A DNA stretch of 64,000 nucleotides, taken from NCBI RefSeq assembly GCF_009914755.1, contig NC_060936.1. One strand, written 5' to 3'. Of the stretch, positions 1 through 17,728 are shown one piece after another. Under the pieces are notes generated by a model. That model was not told the origin of the DNA and made no database searches. It saw nothing but the letters and a program-made list of their open reading frames with translations. The position numbers and the translations under genes were made by a program. Every line of letters begins with the position of its first letter. Positions within the stretch are counted from its first letter, which is position 1. Origin of the DNA: the human T2T-CHM13v2.0 reference genome, Homo sapiens.

Positions 1-567
1 GAAACATGTTTATAACAATTTAAATAGTTTGTGACCCAATAACAACTACTGTAGGTACAGAGCACTTGTGTTGTGCCTAACATGCTATTTACCTTAAATC
101 TTTTATCTCATTTATTGCTCAAAACACCGCTAAGCGATAGGTATTATGGTTATCTCTATTTTACAAATAAAACGTAAGAGGCTTGCCCACATTCACATAC
201 ATGGAATATGGCCACACTGGAAATGAAGTATGGTTTTGTCTGTCTCCAAAACACATGATGCTAATCAACATGCTTTGCTATGTCAGGTATTGTAACTCTA
301 GCTATTATAATAACTACTTTGAACCATGCTACTAACATTCTCTGAGGATATGATAAGCATATTCCTTCCTCAGTCTGGCAAATCCCTCCTTCACCCTTGC
401 AAACAGCTATTATGCTCATTAAACCTAATATGTATAAAAGTATATCTAAGATATCTATATCATCTCTCTATATATCTTAGCAAAATATATATGCACAGGT
501 TGATGCATATATATTTTTATATGTATATATTGTATATATATAAAAAATCTAGATCTAGATCCAAGAC

Positions 568-860
<293 letters not shown>

Positions 861-1616
861 GGGTAACCTTCACTCATTCAGGGGAATGTTGTATTTCTTC
901 TTCTGTGGTATGAGTTAAAACTTTTTAACAGCTTGTTTACTTCTAGAACATTGTTGATTCACAGAATACAAATTTTTATGAAGAAATGAAACAACTCACT
1001 CTCTACACACAGAAAAAATAAAAAGAAACATAAACCCCAAACCAAAACAAAAAGCAAATTCCCTCCATAGTGAATGCAGATGGGTGCAATAGAAAGCTGA
1101 GCTCCATGCAGCAGAAGCACAGCAATTTAAGGCTGGGGGAACATGGAGTCCTTGCTTAGACTCCCATTGCAGTGGACATTAAGAGCAATTTAAAACCTGT
1201 ACAGTGATCCCAAAGTTCCTTTTCACATAAAACTGAGGTGACTAGCTTTTTACAGAAAGACAGTCATCTGATCTGAATTTACTTTTTTTTTGGCCTTTGC
1301 TCACGCCCACTTTCCAGTGCAGATGGGAACATGTAGTTGCATGAAATCCAGGTTCCCAAACACCGAGGAAAGAGAGGAAATAATGGATGTGGGTGATTGA
1401 CATATAGGCCTAGACTGGGCCCTATACAACAGATCCTTTGGGTTTACTTTTTTTTTTTTTTTTTTTACTTTACCCACTCAGATGCCCATTCAAGTTTTCT
1501 CTTGGTTTTCCTGGACTACCAATTCCTGCATTCCACCTGGGCTGCAGTCCTCAGGGTCAGTTCTTTATTCTTTATTTAAAATGCCCTGCCTTGTGCACTC
1601 AATGTCCATTGTTCTA

Positions 1617-1716
1617 CTGATATACTTGAAAGTATATCAATAATGTCTGGAAACTGCCTCACCTGATATACTTGAAAGTATATCAATAATGTCTGGAAAC
1701 TGCCTTACCTGATATA
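1617..1716. repeat. 46-bp tandem duplication (2.2 copies) containing a palindrome
   Basis: Unit CTGATATACTTGAAAGTATATCAATAATGTCTGGAAACTGCCTCAC starts at 1617 and 1663, with a partial third at 1709; one mismatch between the full copies. Confidence 0.95.
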
Positions 1717-1822
1717 GAAGCTTTCACTCTAATGGAGAATATTTTCGGAGTAGTGTCAGGTTGGTAAGGCAAGTGTTTTGGGCTCTTTCATATTTACCAC
1801 AGGACCTAGACTTGAACTATGA

Positions 1823-2022
1823 CAGAGTTAACAAACTTCCTCTATAAAGGGCCAGATGATAAACAGTTTAGGCTTCATGAGCCAATCTTTTGCAACTACT
1901 GAACTCTGCCACTGTAATACAAAAGGCATCATGGGCAATGGGTAGATGAGCAGATATAGCTTGTTTCATAAAATTTTATTTGCAAAAACATGACGTGCCG
2001 GATTTGGCTCATTAGCCATACA
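1823..2022 (-). mobile_element. MER58A-like hAT-Charlie MITE
   Basis: CAAACTT..TCTATAAAGGGCCAGAT..TTTAGGCTT..GCAACTACTGAACTCTGCC..TTTATTTGCAAAAACA..GCCGGATTTGGC matches the MER58A consensus as recalled. Confidence 0.8.
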
Positions 2023-2437
2023 ACTATAGCATGAGCCCTTTAGTGATTAAAAAAACCACACACACGGCTTGAATTTTGGAAATGCGAAATGTGGGTATCT
2101 TACAATGAGGCGATTGATGTGCACTTGCTGGGGTAAGAGTCCTAAAGCTGCAGCCACTCCTTGGCGGAAGATCCGAAGCAAGGTTATGTTCAGCTTGTTT
2201 ACATCCATTTGCAGTGTCTAGAAAATAAGGACAAAAATAAATCCAAATTATAGTATTAATTTGTATAGATGTATAGAATACATCCAAATAAGTATTAATA
2301 AGTTCACGACATTCAGTTCTTGACTCATGACTGACCACAGTTTCTGTGACTCTGCTAAGTTTACACTAATAATGCTTTATTGCATTTTTGATAGAAATAA
2401 AATTATAGGAACATTGCATGTGAAATTTTAAATGGTA

Positions 2438-2911
2438 TTAGTTAAAAAGATGTATTATAGGGGTGGAGCCAAGATGGCCAAATAGGAACAGCTCCAGTCT
2501 ACAGCTCCCAGTGTGAGTGATGCAGAAGATGGGTGATTTCTGCATTTCCATCTGAGGTACCAGGTTCATCTCACTAGGGAGTGCCAGACAGTGGGCGCAG
2601 GACAGTGGGTGCAGTGCACCGTGCACGAGCCGAAGCAGGGTGAGGCATTGCCTCACTCGGGAAGTGCAAGGGCTCAGGGAGTTCCCTTTCCTATTCAAAG
2701 AAAGGGGTGACAGACGGCACCTGGAAAATCGGGTCACTCCCACCCCAATACTGCGCTTTTCCGACGGGCTTAAAAAATGGCACACCAGGAGATTATATCC
2801 CTCACCTGGCTTGGAGGGTCCTATGCCCATGGAGTCTTGCTGATTGCTAGCACAGCAGTCTGAGATCAAACTGCAAGGCAGCAGTGAGGCTGGGGGAGGG
2901 GTGCCCGCCAT
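2438..2911 (-). CDS. L1 antisense ORF0-derived open reading frame, 157 aa (expression unknown)
   Basis: MAGTPPPASLLPCSLISDCCASNQQDSMGIGPSKPG... is the ORF0 N-terminus. The ATG has a strong Kozak context (GCAATGG). The frame stays open past the L1 5' end and stops in flanking DNA. Confidence 0.55.
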   Translation of the reverse strand: MAGTPPPASLLPCSLISDCCASNQQDSMGIGPSKPGEGYNLLVCHFLSPSEKRSIGVGVTRFSRCRLSPLSLNRKGNSLSPCTSRVRQCLTLLRLVHGALHPLSCAHCLALPSEMNLVPQMEMQKSPIFCITHTGSCRLELFLFGHLGSTPIIHLFN

Positions 2912-3495
2912 TGCCCAGGCTCACTTAGGTAAACAAAGCAGCCGGGAAGCTCCAACTGGGTGGAGCCCACCACAGCTCAAGGAGGCCTGCCTGCCTCTGT
3001 AGGCTCCACCTCTGGGGGCAGGGCACAGACAAACAAAAAGACAGCAGTAACCTCTGCAGACTTAAATGTCCCTGTCTGAGAGCTTTGAAGAGAGCAGTGG
3101 TTCTCCCAGCATGCAGCTGGAGATCTGAGAACGGGTAGACTGCCTCCTCAAGTGGGTCCCTGACCCCTGACCCCTGAGCAGGCTAACTGGGAGGCACCCC
3201 CCCAGAAGGGGCAGACTGACACCTCACACAGCCGGGTACTCCTCTGAGACAAAACTTCAAGAGGAACGATCAGACAGCAGCATTCGCAGTTCACAAACAT
3301 CTGGTGTTCTGCAGCCACCGCTGCTATTACCCAAGAAAACAGGGTCTGGAGTAGACCTCTAGAAAACTCCAACAGACCTGCAGCTGAGGGTCCTGTCTGT
3401 TAGAAGGAAAACTAACAAACAGAAAGGACATCCACACCAAAAACCCATGTGCACATCACCATCATCAAAGACCAAAAGTAGATAAAACCACAAAG
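2460..3495 (+). promoter_or_regulatory. L1 5' UTR internal promoter (sense and antisense) with YY1 site
   Basis: CAAGATGGCC YY1 motif at 2470-2479; L1 5' UTR sequence with many CpG-to-TpG/CpA changes. Activity cannot be shown from sequence. Confidence 0.75.
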
Positions 3496-4512
3496 ATGGG
3501 GAAAAAACAGAGCAGAAAAACTGGAAACTCTAAAAAGCAGAGCGCCTCTCCTCCTCCAAAGGAACACAGCTCCTCACCAGCAACGGAACAAAGCTGGACA
3601 GAGAATGACTTTGACGAGTTGAGAGAAGAAGGCTTCAGACAATGAAACTACTCCGAGCTACAGGAGGAAATTCAAACCAAAGGCAAAGAAGTTGAAAACT
3701 TTGAAAAAAATTTAGACAAATGTATAACTAGAATAACCAATACAGAGAAGTGCTTAAAGGAGCTGATGGAGCTGAAAGCCAAGGCTTGAGAACTACGTGA
3801 AGAATGCAGAAGCCTCAGGAGCTGATGCAATCAACTGGAAGAAAGGGTATCAGTGATGGAAGATGAAATGAATGAAATTAAGCGAGAAGGGAAGTTTAGA
3901 GAAAAAAGAATAAAAAGAAGTGAACAAAGCCTCCAAGAAATATGGGACTATGTGAAAAGACCAAATCTACGTCTGATTGGTGTACTTGAACGTGACGGGG
4001 AGAATGGAACCAAGTTGGAAAACACTCTGCAGGATATTATCCAGGAGAACTTCCCCAATCTAGCAAGGCAGGCCAGCATTCAGATTCAGGAAATACAGAG
4101 AATGCCACAAAGATACTCCTCGAGAAGAGCAACTCCAAGACACATAATTGTCAGATTCACCAAAGTTGAAAAGAAGGAAAAAATGTTAAGGGCAGCCAGA
4201 GAGAAAGGTCGGGTTACCCACAACGGGAAGCCCATCAGACTAACAGCGGATCTCTCAACAGAAACTCTACAAGCCAGAAGAGAGTGGGGGCCAATATTCA
4301 ACATTCTTAAAGAAAAGAATTTTCAACCCGGAATTTTATATCCAGCCAAGCTAAGCTTCATAAGTGAAGGAGAAATAAAATACTTTACAGACAAGCAAAT
4401 GCTGAGAGATTTTGTCACCACCAGGCCTGCCCTAAAAGAACTTCTGAAGGAAGCGCTAAACATGGAAAGGAACAACCGGTACCAGCCACTGCAAAATCAC
4501 GCCAAAATGTAA
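3496..4512 (+). pseudogene. L1 ORF1p (RNA-binding protein), disrupted
   Basis: ATG GGG AAA AAA CAG at 3496 and 1017 nt to TAA (338 codons plus stop). In-frame TGA stops at 3643, 3787 and 3823. The C-terminal part reads RPNLRLIG...ARREWGPIF...YPAKLS. Confidence 0.97.
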
Positions 4513-4575
4513 AGACCATCGAGACTAGGAAGAAACTACATCAACTAATGAGCAAAATAATCAGCTAACATCATA

Positions 4576-8388
<3,813 letters not shown>

Positions 8389-8620
8389 ACAATGAGAACT
8401 CATGAACACAGGAAGGGGAACATCACACTCTGGGGACTGTTGTGGGGTGGGGGGAGGGGGGAGGTATAGTTTTAGGAGATATACCTAATGCTAAATGACG
8501 AGTCAACGGGTGCAGCACACCAGCATGGCACATGTATACATATGTAACTAACCTGCACATTGTGCACATGTACCCTAAAACTTAAAGTATAATAATAATA
8601 AATTAAAAAAAAATAAAAAT

Positions 8621-8995
8621 AAAAAGATGTATTATATACACCATGGAACATTATGCAGCCATAAAAAATGAAATTATGTTCTTTGCAGCACATGGTTGCA
8701 GCCAGACCATTATCCCAAGCAAAGTAATGCAGGAACAGGAAACCATATACTGCATGTTCTCACTTATAAGTGGGAGCTGAACATTGAGTACCCATGGACA
8801 TAAAGATGAGAGCAATGGACACTGGAGACTGCTAGAGGAGAGAGGGAGGGAAGGGGGTGAGGGACTGCTTAATGTGTGCTGTGCTCACTGCCTGGGTGAT
8901 GGGATCATCTGCACTCTAAATCTCAGTGTTATGATCCAGTGTTCCCATGTCGCAAACCTGCACATGTACCCCCTGAATCTAAAATAAAAGTTGAT
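8621..8995 (+). mobile_element. Older 5'-truncated L1 3' end (L1PA15/16-like)
   Basis: TATACACCATGGAACATTATGCAGCCATAAAAA...CACTTATAAGTGGGAGCT...CACATGTACCCCCTGAATCTAAAATAAAAGTTGA. Confidence 0.88.
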
Positions 8996-10319
8996 TTTTT
9001 AAAAAGATGGTATATTATATAATAAAGCAATTTGTCTAGTTATAATAAAAAGCACAAATTAATGGTCAATTCATAAAGAATTTCATTGAAATGTGCCTTG
9101 AATAATTTTGCTTTAGTTTAGTTCCAGATGACAGAATGGAATCTGTGGCCAAGTGTATTTCAGTTATCCATCTTCAATTTGTGTTCATACAAGTCACAGA
9201 GAGAAAGATGCTGTGTAAGTTCCATAAGGCCTGTCTTGGCAGTTTCTATACATAGTGATTTGCTGCCAGTGCAAGGCAAAAGAATGAGGTGCAAGAATAC
9301 ATTTTCAAACTCTGGTAAAAATGCCAGTGGTACTGATGATTTGGTCTAAGATAAACAATTCTTATTCAGTTGTTTGGGCAAACACTCAGCTTTCAGGTTT
9401 GCTTAGGAAAAAATCTAAATATTAAAGAATTCCTAAAATAAAATCAAATTATGATAATATCATAATTATCATAGTAGTAATAATAACCCTCATTGAAGCC
9501 CCAGCATGATTACTACACTGAAACCATGAAGTAGTTTACTGTATGTATTTTCAAAAATGCATCATTAATCATTTGAGAGATACTCAAGGTAGGGAAACCA
9601 AATCTTTATGCATTTCTTTTATTCTTATAATACTTAATTCACTAATTTGAACATAGTAGGCTATCAATAACTATTGAATGGCTGCAACATCACCTGTTCT
9701 GTAAAGCTAGGCATACTTCTGAGTACACACTTCTCTAATAACGAGATTGGTTTACATGTGCAATCTCCTATAGAGTAGGAACTCTTTAGGGGAACTTCCC
9801 TCAGCTTGCTTTAAAAAGAGATTAATACTGTTTCAAGGATTTATAGTCTCAAAAGGAAATACCATAATATATCCTCTATTTTTTACCTGCAAGTATATTC
9901 TCTATTTTGTACCTGCAAGTAGGTAATAAATAAGTGATTGGAAACTGGATTAAATGCTCAATGCTATAGGAATCAGAGAGAATTTGGAAAGTCAAAAGAG
10001 GTATAGGGTTCCCAGTCAAGATGATGGGCCCAGCTAAAGCTCCAGCCTGCATTTCCACCTTAGGGTCTCTCAATGCTTGCATGGAGGTAGGGGCCCTAAG
10101 ATTTGGTTAATTTAGGTTAACTGGACTCCTTGTGAAAAATTAAGATCCAGAAAAGGGCAGAATCATTGAAAAAAACTACCTAAGAGAGCCCAGTAATAGG
10201 CAACAATTTGCTTCTGGGGAGGAGAAATAAGAATGATGTTGGAGTATATAGAAAGCTATATCAAACACAATCAGTAACACTTTAAAATTTCTTAAAATTT
10301 ATTTTACTTTATTTTTTTT

Positions 10320-10772
10320 TAAGCTTAAAACAACAGAAATTTCTTGTCTTGTCATACTAGAGGCTGGAAGTCTGAATCAAAGTGTCAGTGGGGCCATGTT
10401 CCCTCTTAAATTTGTAGGGGAGAATCCTTCCTTGCTTCTTCTAGCTTCTGGTGTTTGCCAGCAATCCTTGGGATTCCTTGGATTACAGATATATTACTCT
10501 AATCTTTGCATCTGTCATCACTTGGCTTTCTCCTCCCTGTGTCTTCACGTCTTCCCTCTGAGTGTCTGTGTCCAAATTTTCCCTTTTTATAAGGGCCTCC
10601 TTATATTGGATTAGGAGCCCACCCTACTCCAATAAGACCTCTTGTTAACTTTTGTTACACCTACAACAACCTTATTTTCAAATAAGGTCACATTCTTAGG
10701 TACTGGAAGGCTAGAACTTCAACATATGAATTCTGGGGTGGTGGTGAGGTGGGATGTAATTCCACCTTTAAC
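10320..10772 (-). mobile_element. MLT1 (MLT1C-like) MaLR solo LTR
   Basis: GCTTAAAACAACAGAAATTT..GAGGCTGGAAGTCTGAATCAA..GGATTAGG..AAATAAGGTCACATTC..GGTACTGG..ACTTCAACATATGAATT. Confidence 0.88.
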
Positions 10773-10875
10773 GAGGAGAAAGTCAGAATTCTGAGGAAAG
10801 AAGCTGCTAACTTGTAGCCAGAGAATTGACCAAGAACCTTAGTAATTTTGCACATTTTCTTCTGTTTTCTTTTAG

Positions 10876-11017
10876 GCTCTGAGTCAATACAAGTAGGAAG
10901 TTCAACTGGTTCCCTGGGTGTTCATTCCTGGTTGGAGAGCTGTTTGGGAGGCTGGGAAGGTCCATTAGAAGCATAATTCTATTCCAGAGGTGGCTTGGCA
11001 GATGGAGCATATCATGG
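10876..11017 (+). ncRNA. Candidate penultimate exon of a non-coding transcript
   Basis: Strong acceptor TTTTCTTCTGTTTTCTTTTAG|G and donor TGG|GTAAAG; unique sequence with no listed + strand ORF. Confidence 0.5.
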
Positions 11018-11105
11018 GTAAAGGCAGTGGTAAAGTCTTGGTGAGGCAAAAATAAAAGAGGTACATGAATCCAGACACAATTTGAAATAGATCTTTCTGT
11101 TCCAG

Positions 11106-11235
11106 GTTAATTTCTCAGCATGTCACAGAAAGCAATTCCTACTAGACCTGAAGAAAGTGGCTTCTCTCTTAACAGAATGTTATCTTCTTCTAGAGAGTAA
11201 TATGTTTTTATTAAATAAAAAGCATCTAATAGTAC
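11106..11235 (+). ncRNA. Candidate terminal exon with poly(A) signal
   Basis: Acceptor TCTTTCTGTTCCAG|G after an 88-nt GT..AG intron; overlapping ATTAAA/AATAAA at 11210-11219 followed by GT/T-rich downstream sequence. Confidence 0.5.
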
Positions 11236-13479
11236 ACAAGTGTTTGCTACATTATTTTCTGTATTTTTAATAGCCTAAATATGCATCCATTATATAACAG
11301 AATGTTTTAATGCAGAAAGTAAGACTTGAAGCCAACCTTAAAGGACAAGTAGGATTTGGAAATGCAGTGATCAGGAAAGTAGCATTATACTGTTAAGCAC
11401 AATATACGCATCTACCTGGCATACCTGGGAGACTAGAAAAACTCAGTACACCTGGTCATCCTGAGAAACAGAGGCTTCCTTTCATCCGTGGCCTGTTTTC
11501 ATCTCTGCCAGACTACAGAAGCTGCCATTAAAGATGAGACACTGTATTGGAGACTCTGTCTACTACCCTTCCCTTGCAAGGCCAAAGATGGATTCCTTAG
11601 TTTTCTCAAATGGTGAATGAGTAACCTCTGTCTCACCAGCAGTGTTTGTCAGGCAGGGTGAGCTGGCACACAGTGTGCCTGAATCCCCAGAGGCAGGATT
11701 TGGAGCCAATTGTCTATGCTGGGAACCCACAAGCCCCCTCAAGGGGGTTGTGTACACACTGCAGAACTCAATTCCCAGAGGCATGATTAACTTGAGGCTT
11801 GTAACTGTGGAAACAGTATTACAGTTTCAGACTGAAATGGTAAATGGGAAGTGAAATGGGAACTAAAGATTTAAAAATCACTGAAAAAGGCAACTTTGCA
11901 AAAATATGAAAGCTGTACAAAAGCTGTACATTTGAAACAGAAATTTAGACTACCCAACTATAGTGAAGAAGTGAGTTGAAGTAATTAGTTGAAATTGAAA
12001 TCATCTGGTTCATTGCATCAAAACATTTGAATGATTTTCCTCAGTTCTCTGCTTGTCTGAGAAAAGCTGGATTTTGTAGAGCATGCACAGATTTCTGACT
12101 CTTCCCCATAAAAATAGTGATGCTAAAATATAGTACAAACAGATATCTATGTATTTGAAGGCCTAATATATGCCAGGCATTATATATGAGTGCAATTTGA
12201 GAAAAAGAAAGGATTCTAGATAAAAATGGGAATTTTATTTCAGACAAAATAAAAAATATATGACTTTATATAGTTAGAAGATATATGCTACCTCCTTCTG
12301 TCTGGATAGATGCTAGAAATGCACAGCCTCTCCTCATCCTATTATGTGAAACCATAACAAGTATGACAGGATATAAATTTTCACAGCAGTAACAAGGCAA
12401 CAGCTTTCAAGTTGCTGTACAACATTCTGCGATATATTTTTGTTTGGATGCTAAACCCATTTGGTCATTTTTAACATTTAACATACAAATGATTTAACAT
12501 TTTAATTTCAAAGAGATTAAAATGTTCTTTCCAAATGCAAATGGTAAGCCACTTTACAACAGTACATAATTTCATAGAGTTACTACATAAGAACAATTGA
12601 GTATTTTTATTGTTATTACAAATATATAAACATACAGAAAAAACATACAAAATTCAAAGTCTTCCAATTCTACCTATATTTAAATATACCAGGCCTCTGT
12701 CTTGTTAGATTCCTTTGTCAGTTCCCCACTACTGTTCCCCTCCACAAAGGAAATAATATTTTATGACAAGACTTTCTTTCTTTGGTTCCCAGACTGTCCA
12801 CCAAAGTAGTTAAAGCCTATGGGCCTTAGGTACAAGTTGAGGTGATAGGATTGATGAAATGTAGCACTTTCAGGTACCAGCATTATGTTTGAATTATAAG
12901 TATGTGATTAGCTTTTAGCTATTTATTTTGTAAAGGATAATTGAATTATTTTTGCCTAGCAGGGAGGCAGTTAGTCCCCTCCTGAAGTTATTAGGCAGCC
13001 TGGACTTTCATTTGGTCATACCCAGTAAGAGTCAGGACCACACCCAGTGGTCCAGTTAGTGGGCAAAGGACAAATGTCCATCTTTCTTCCTAAGAGATGC
13101 CTCAAGGCTCCTTAGAGAAGTGCTGTCTCAATTCCCAACAGCCACAAAAGGACCAAAGCTTCCTTTTGGACCAAAAGCTTGCTAGAAGAAATCCATCCAC
13201 TTCTAACTCAAATGTGCCCCCCAACCCTTTTTTTTTTAACCTGGAATCTTTAACTCCATTCTTGGCCAAGGAGTTGGAATGGCAAGAGATTTCCAGGAAT
13301 AAAAGCAAAAGGTTCTCTGTTTATGCCTTTGAACTGAGTAGAGAACGCTGACCTGTTAGAGACATTTTATGCTTTCACCCCTTCCCTTCTCACAATTCTC
13401 TGCACTTGTCCTCTGCTATTAGTTACAGATTAATTATTTTTATTTCTATATTACACATTTCCACCTTTCTCATGGTCTT

Positions 13480-14280
13480 ACACCTGCTTCCCTCTTCCTG
13501 AATGTCCCACTTACACTTCAAACTCAACATTACCCAAACTGAACTTACCTTTCTCCTTCTTCCTATCCACAATCAAATTTGCTTCTCTTTCTACATTCAC
13601 ATAATGGAATGAGCTATCATATTTGGGTATCATCCCGACTCTTCTTTCTTTATTCTTTACACCACCACCACGACATCCAATGAATAGTCAAGTTCTGTCT
13701 ATTCTACCTGCTAAATAGTCCTTGAATGTTGAACCCATATTTTCTTTATCTATATTTCCATCATTTTAGTTCAGATCATCACCATGACTAACTGGACTAT
13801 TTGGCTAGAATCCTAATGGGTTGCCAGTTTTCTGTGGTCTCTAATTAATTCCCCATATGGACATCATAGTTATCTGTGTAAAATGCTATCCCAATCAAGC
13901 TACTATTCTGTTCAAAATACTCTGAAAAAATCTCATTTTCTAATGAATGATCTTAACTCCTCCATTCACCAAATTTGCCCTGTCCTTCCAGTCTTAACCT
14001 CTTACACCTTTCCACCACACATGTCATACTCCAGGCATCCCTAAGGTTTATTAAACATGCCATGTCCTTTTCACATTGTTAGCGCACACCGGGATCAGTG
14101 CTAGGGGCTCTTTCTTCTCCTTGGAGACTCAGCCTTTTTGCTACCTGGAATCTTTAACTCCAGGTAGAAGAGTTAAAGATTCCAATTCAAGATCCATGGT
14201 TGGCAAAGACCATTCTGCCAGCCTTCCCTGACTTCTCCCCCTTCTTTTGTTGTTCCTTTCAGTTCTCCAGTAGTACTGTG
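13480..14280 (+). mobile_element. L2 LINE fragments, highly diverged
   Basis: CTTCAAACTCAACATTACCCAAACTGAACT, CATCCAATGAATAGTCAAGTTCTGTCTATTCTACCT and other L2-like motifs; boundaries approximate. Confidence 0.7.
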
Positions 14281-14299
14281 TTGGACTTTAGGATTTTTT

Positions 14300-16586
<2,287 letters not shown>

Positions 16587-16639
16587 CTCCATTCATTTTT
16601 AAATCTTTTTTTTTTTTTTTCTTTCAGGAGTTCAGCTTC

Positions 16640-17160
16640 TGTTTCTCTCTTAAAATCCTGCAACAACTTTCTATCCTGTTTAGAGTTAAATTCCATCATG
16701 TGGGCTCTCAAGGCCCTGCTTTATCTGGCTCCTATTAACTGTGAGCTTCATCTCATAGACCTTTTTCAAGGCACTCTGTCCTTTTTCCAGTTCCTCAAGC
16801 CAGCTATGCTCATTTTTACCTTATGGGCTTGGCATGCACCTGCCTGCTGCCTGGGGAAGTGTTCAAGATTATTGGGTGGTGCCTCCTTCTGGTTGTTCAG
16901 CTCGGTCTTAACATCACTTCCTCAGAGAGGCCTTCCCAGCCTGACCACTCTCTATCAGATCACCCTGCTTTCTTTTCCTCATAGCATTTATCACTATCTG
17001 ACAGTTTCTTGTTTACTTGTTTATTGTATATTCTCACTTTACAAAATGTGGGCTCCATTGGTGCGGGTCCATGTCAGTCTGGTTCTCTGCTGTCTCCTCA
17101 AGACCCAAAACAGTGCCTGGCACATAGTAGGTATTTAATAAATTCTTGTAAAATGAAGGA
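16640..17160 (+). mobile_element. L2 3' end
   Basis: CACTTCCTCAGAGAGGCCTTCCC...CAGTGCCTGGCACATAGTAGGTATTTAATAAAT. Confidence 0.85.
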
Positions 17161-17389
17161 ACACATGAGTCATGATAACCAACACTGTAGTTACCAAGTG
17201 AAAGCATCTGAGTTATATGATAGGCTTGGAAAGGGTAACAAACCCAGGCCTCGTGCTTGAGGAAGGTATGTTCAATTTAGTTTACCTGTAATACCTAATC
17301 ATTAAAAAACACACAGAATTGATTTAGCATAATTTGTATTCTATTTAGAATTAACATGTCTCTGACACTTTGACTACTATAACATTTAA

Positions 17390-17728
<339 letters not shown>

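Noticed and set aside
430-565. TA-rich stretch with TCTAGATCTAGA palindromes
   Set aside because: Low-complexity sequence beside an Alu tail, where self-complementarity is expected.
1617-1716. Palindromic direct repeats as a CRISPR-like array
   Set aside because: Only two full units, the intervening sequences are near-identical rather than unique spacers, and the context is a primate genome with no cas genes.
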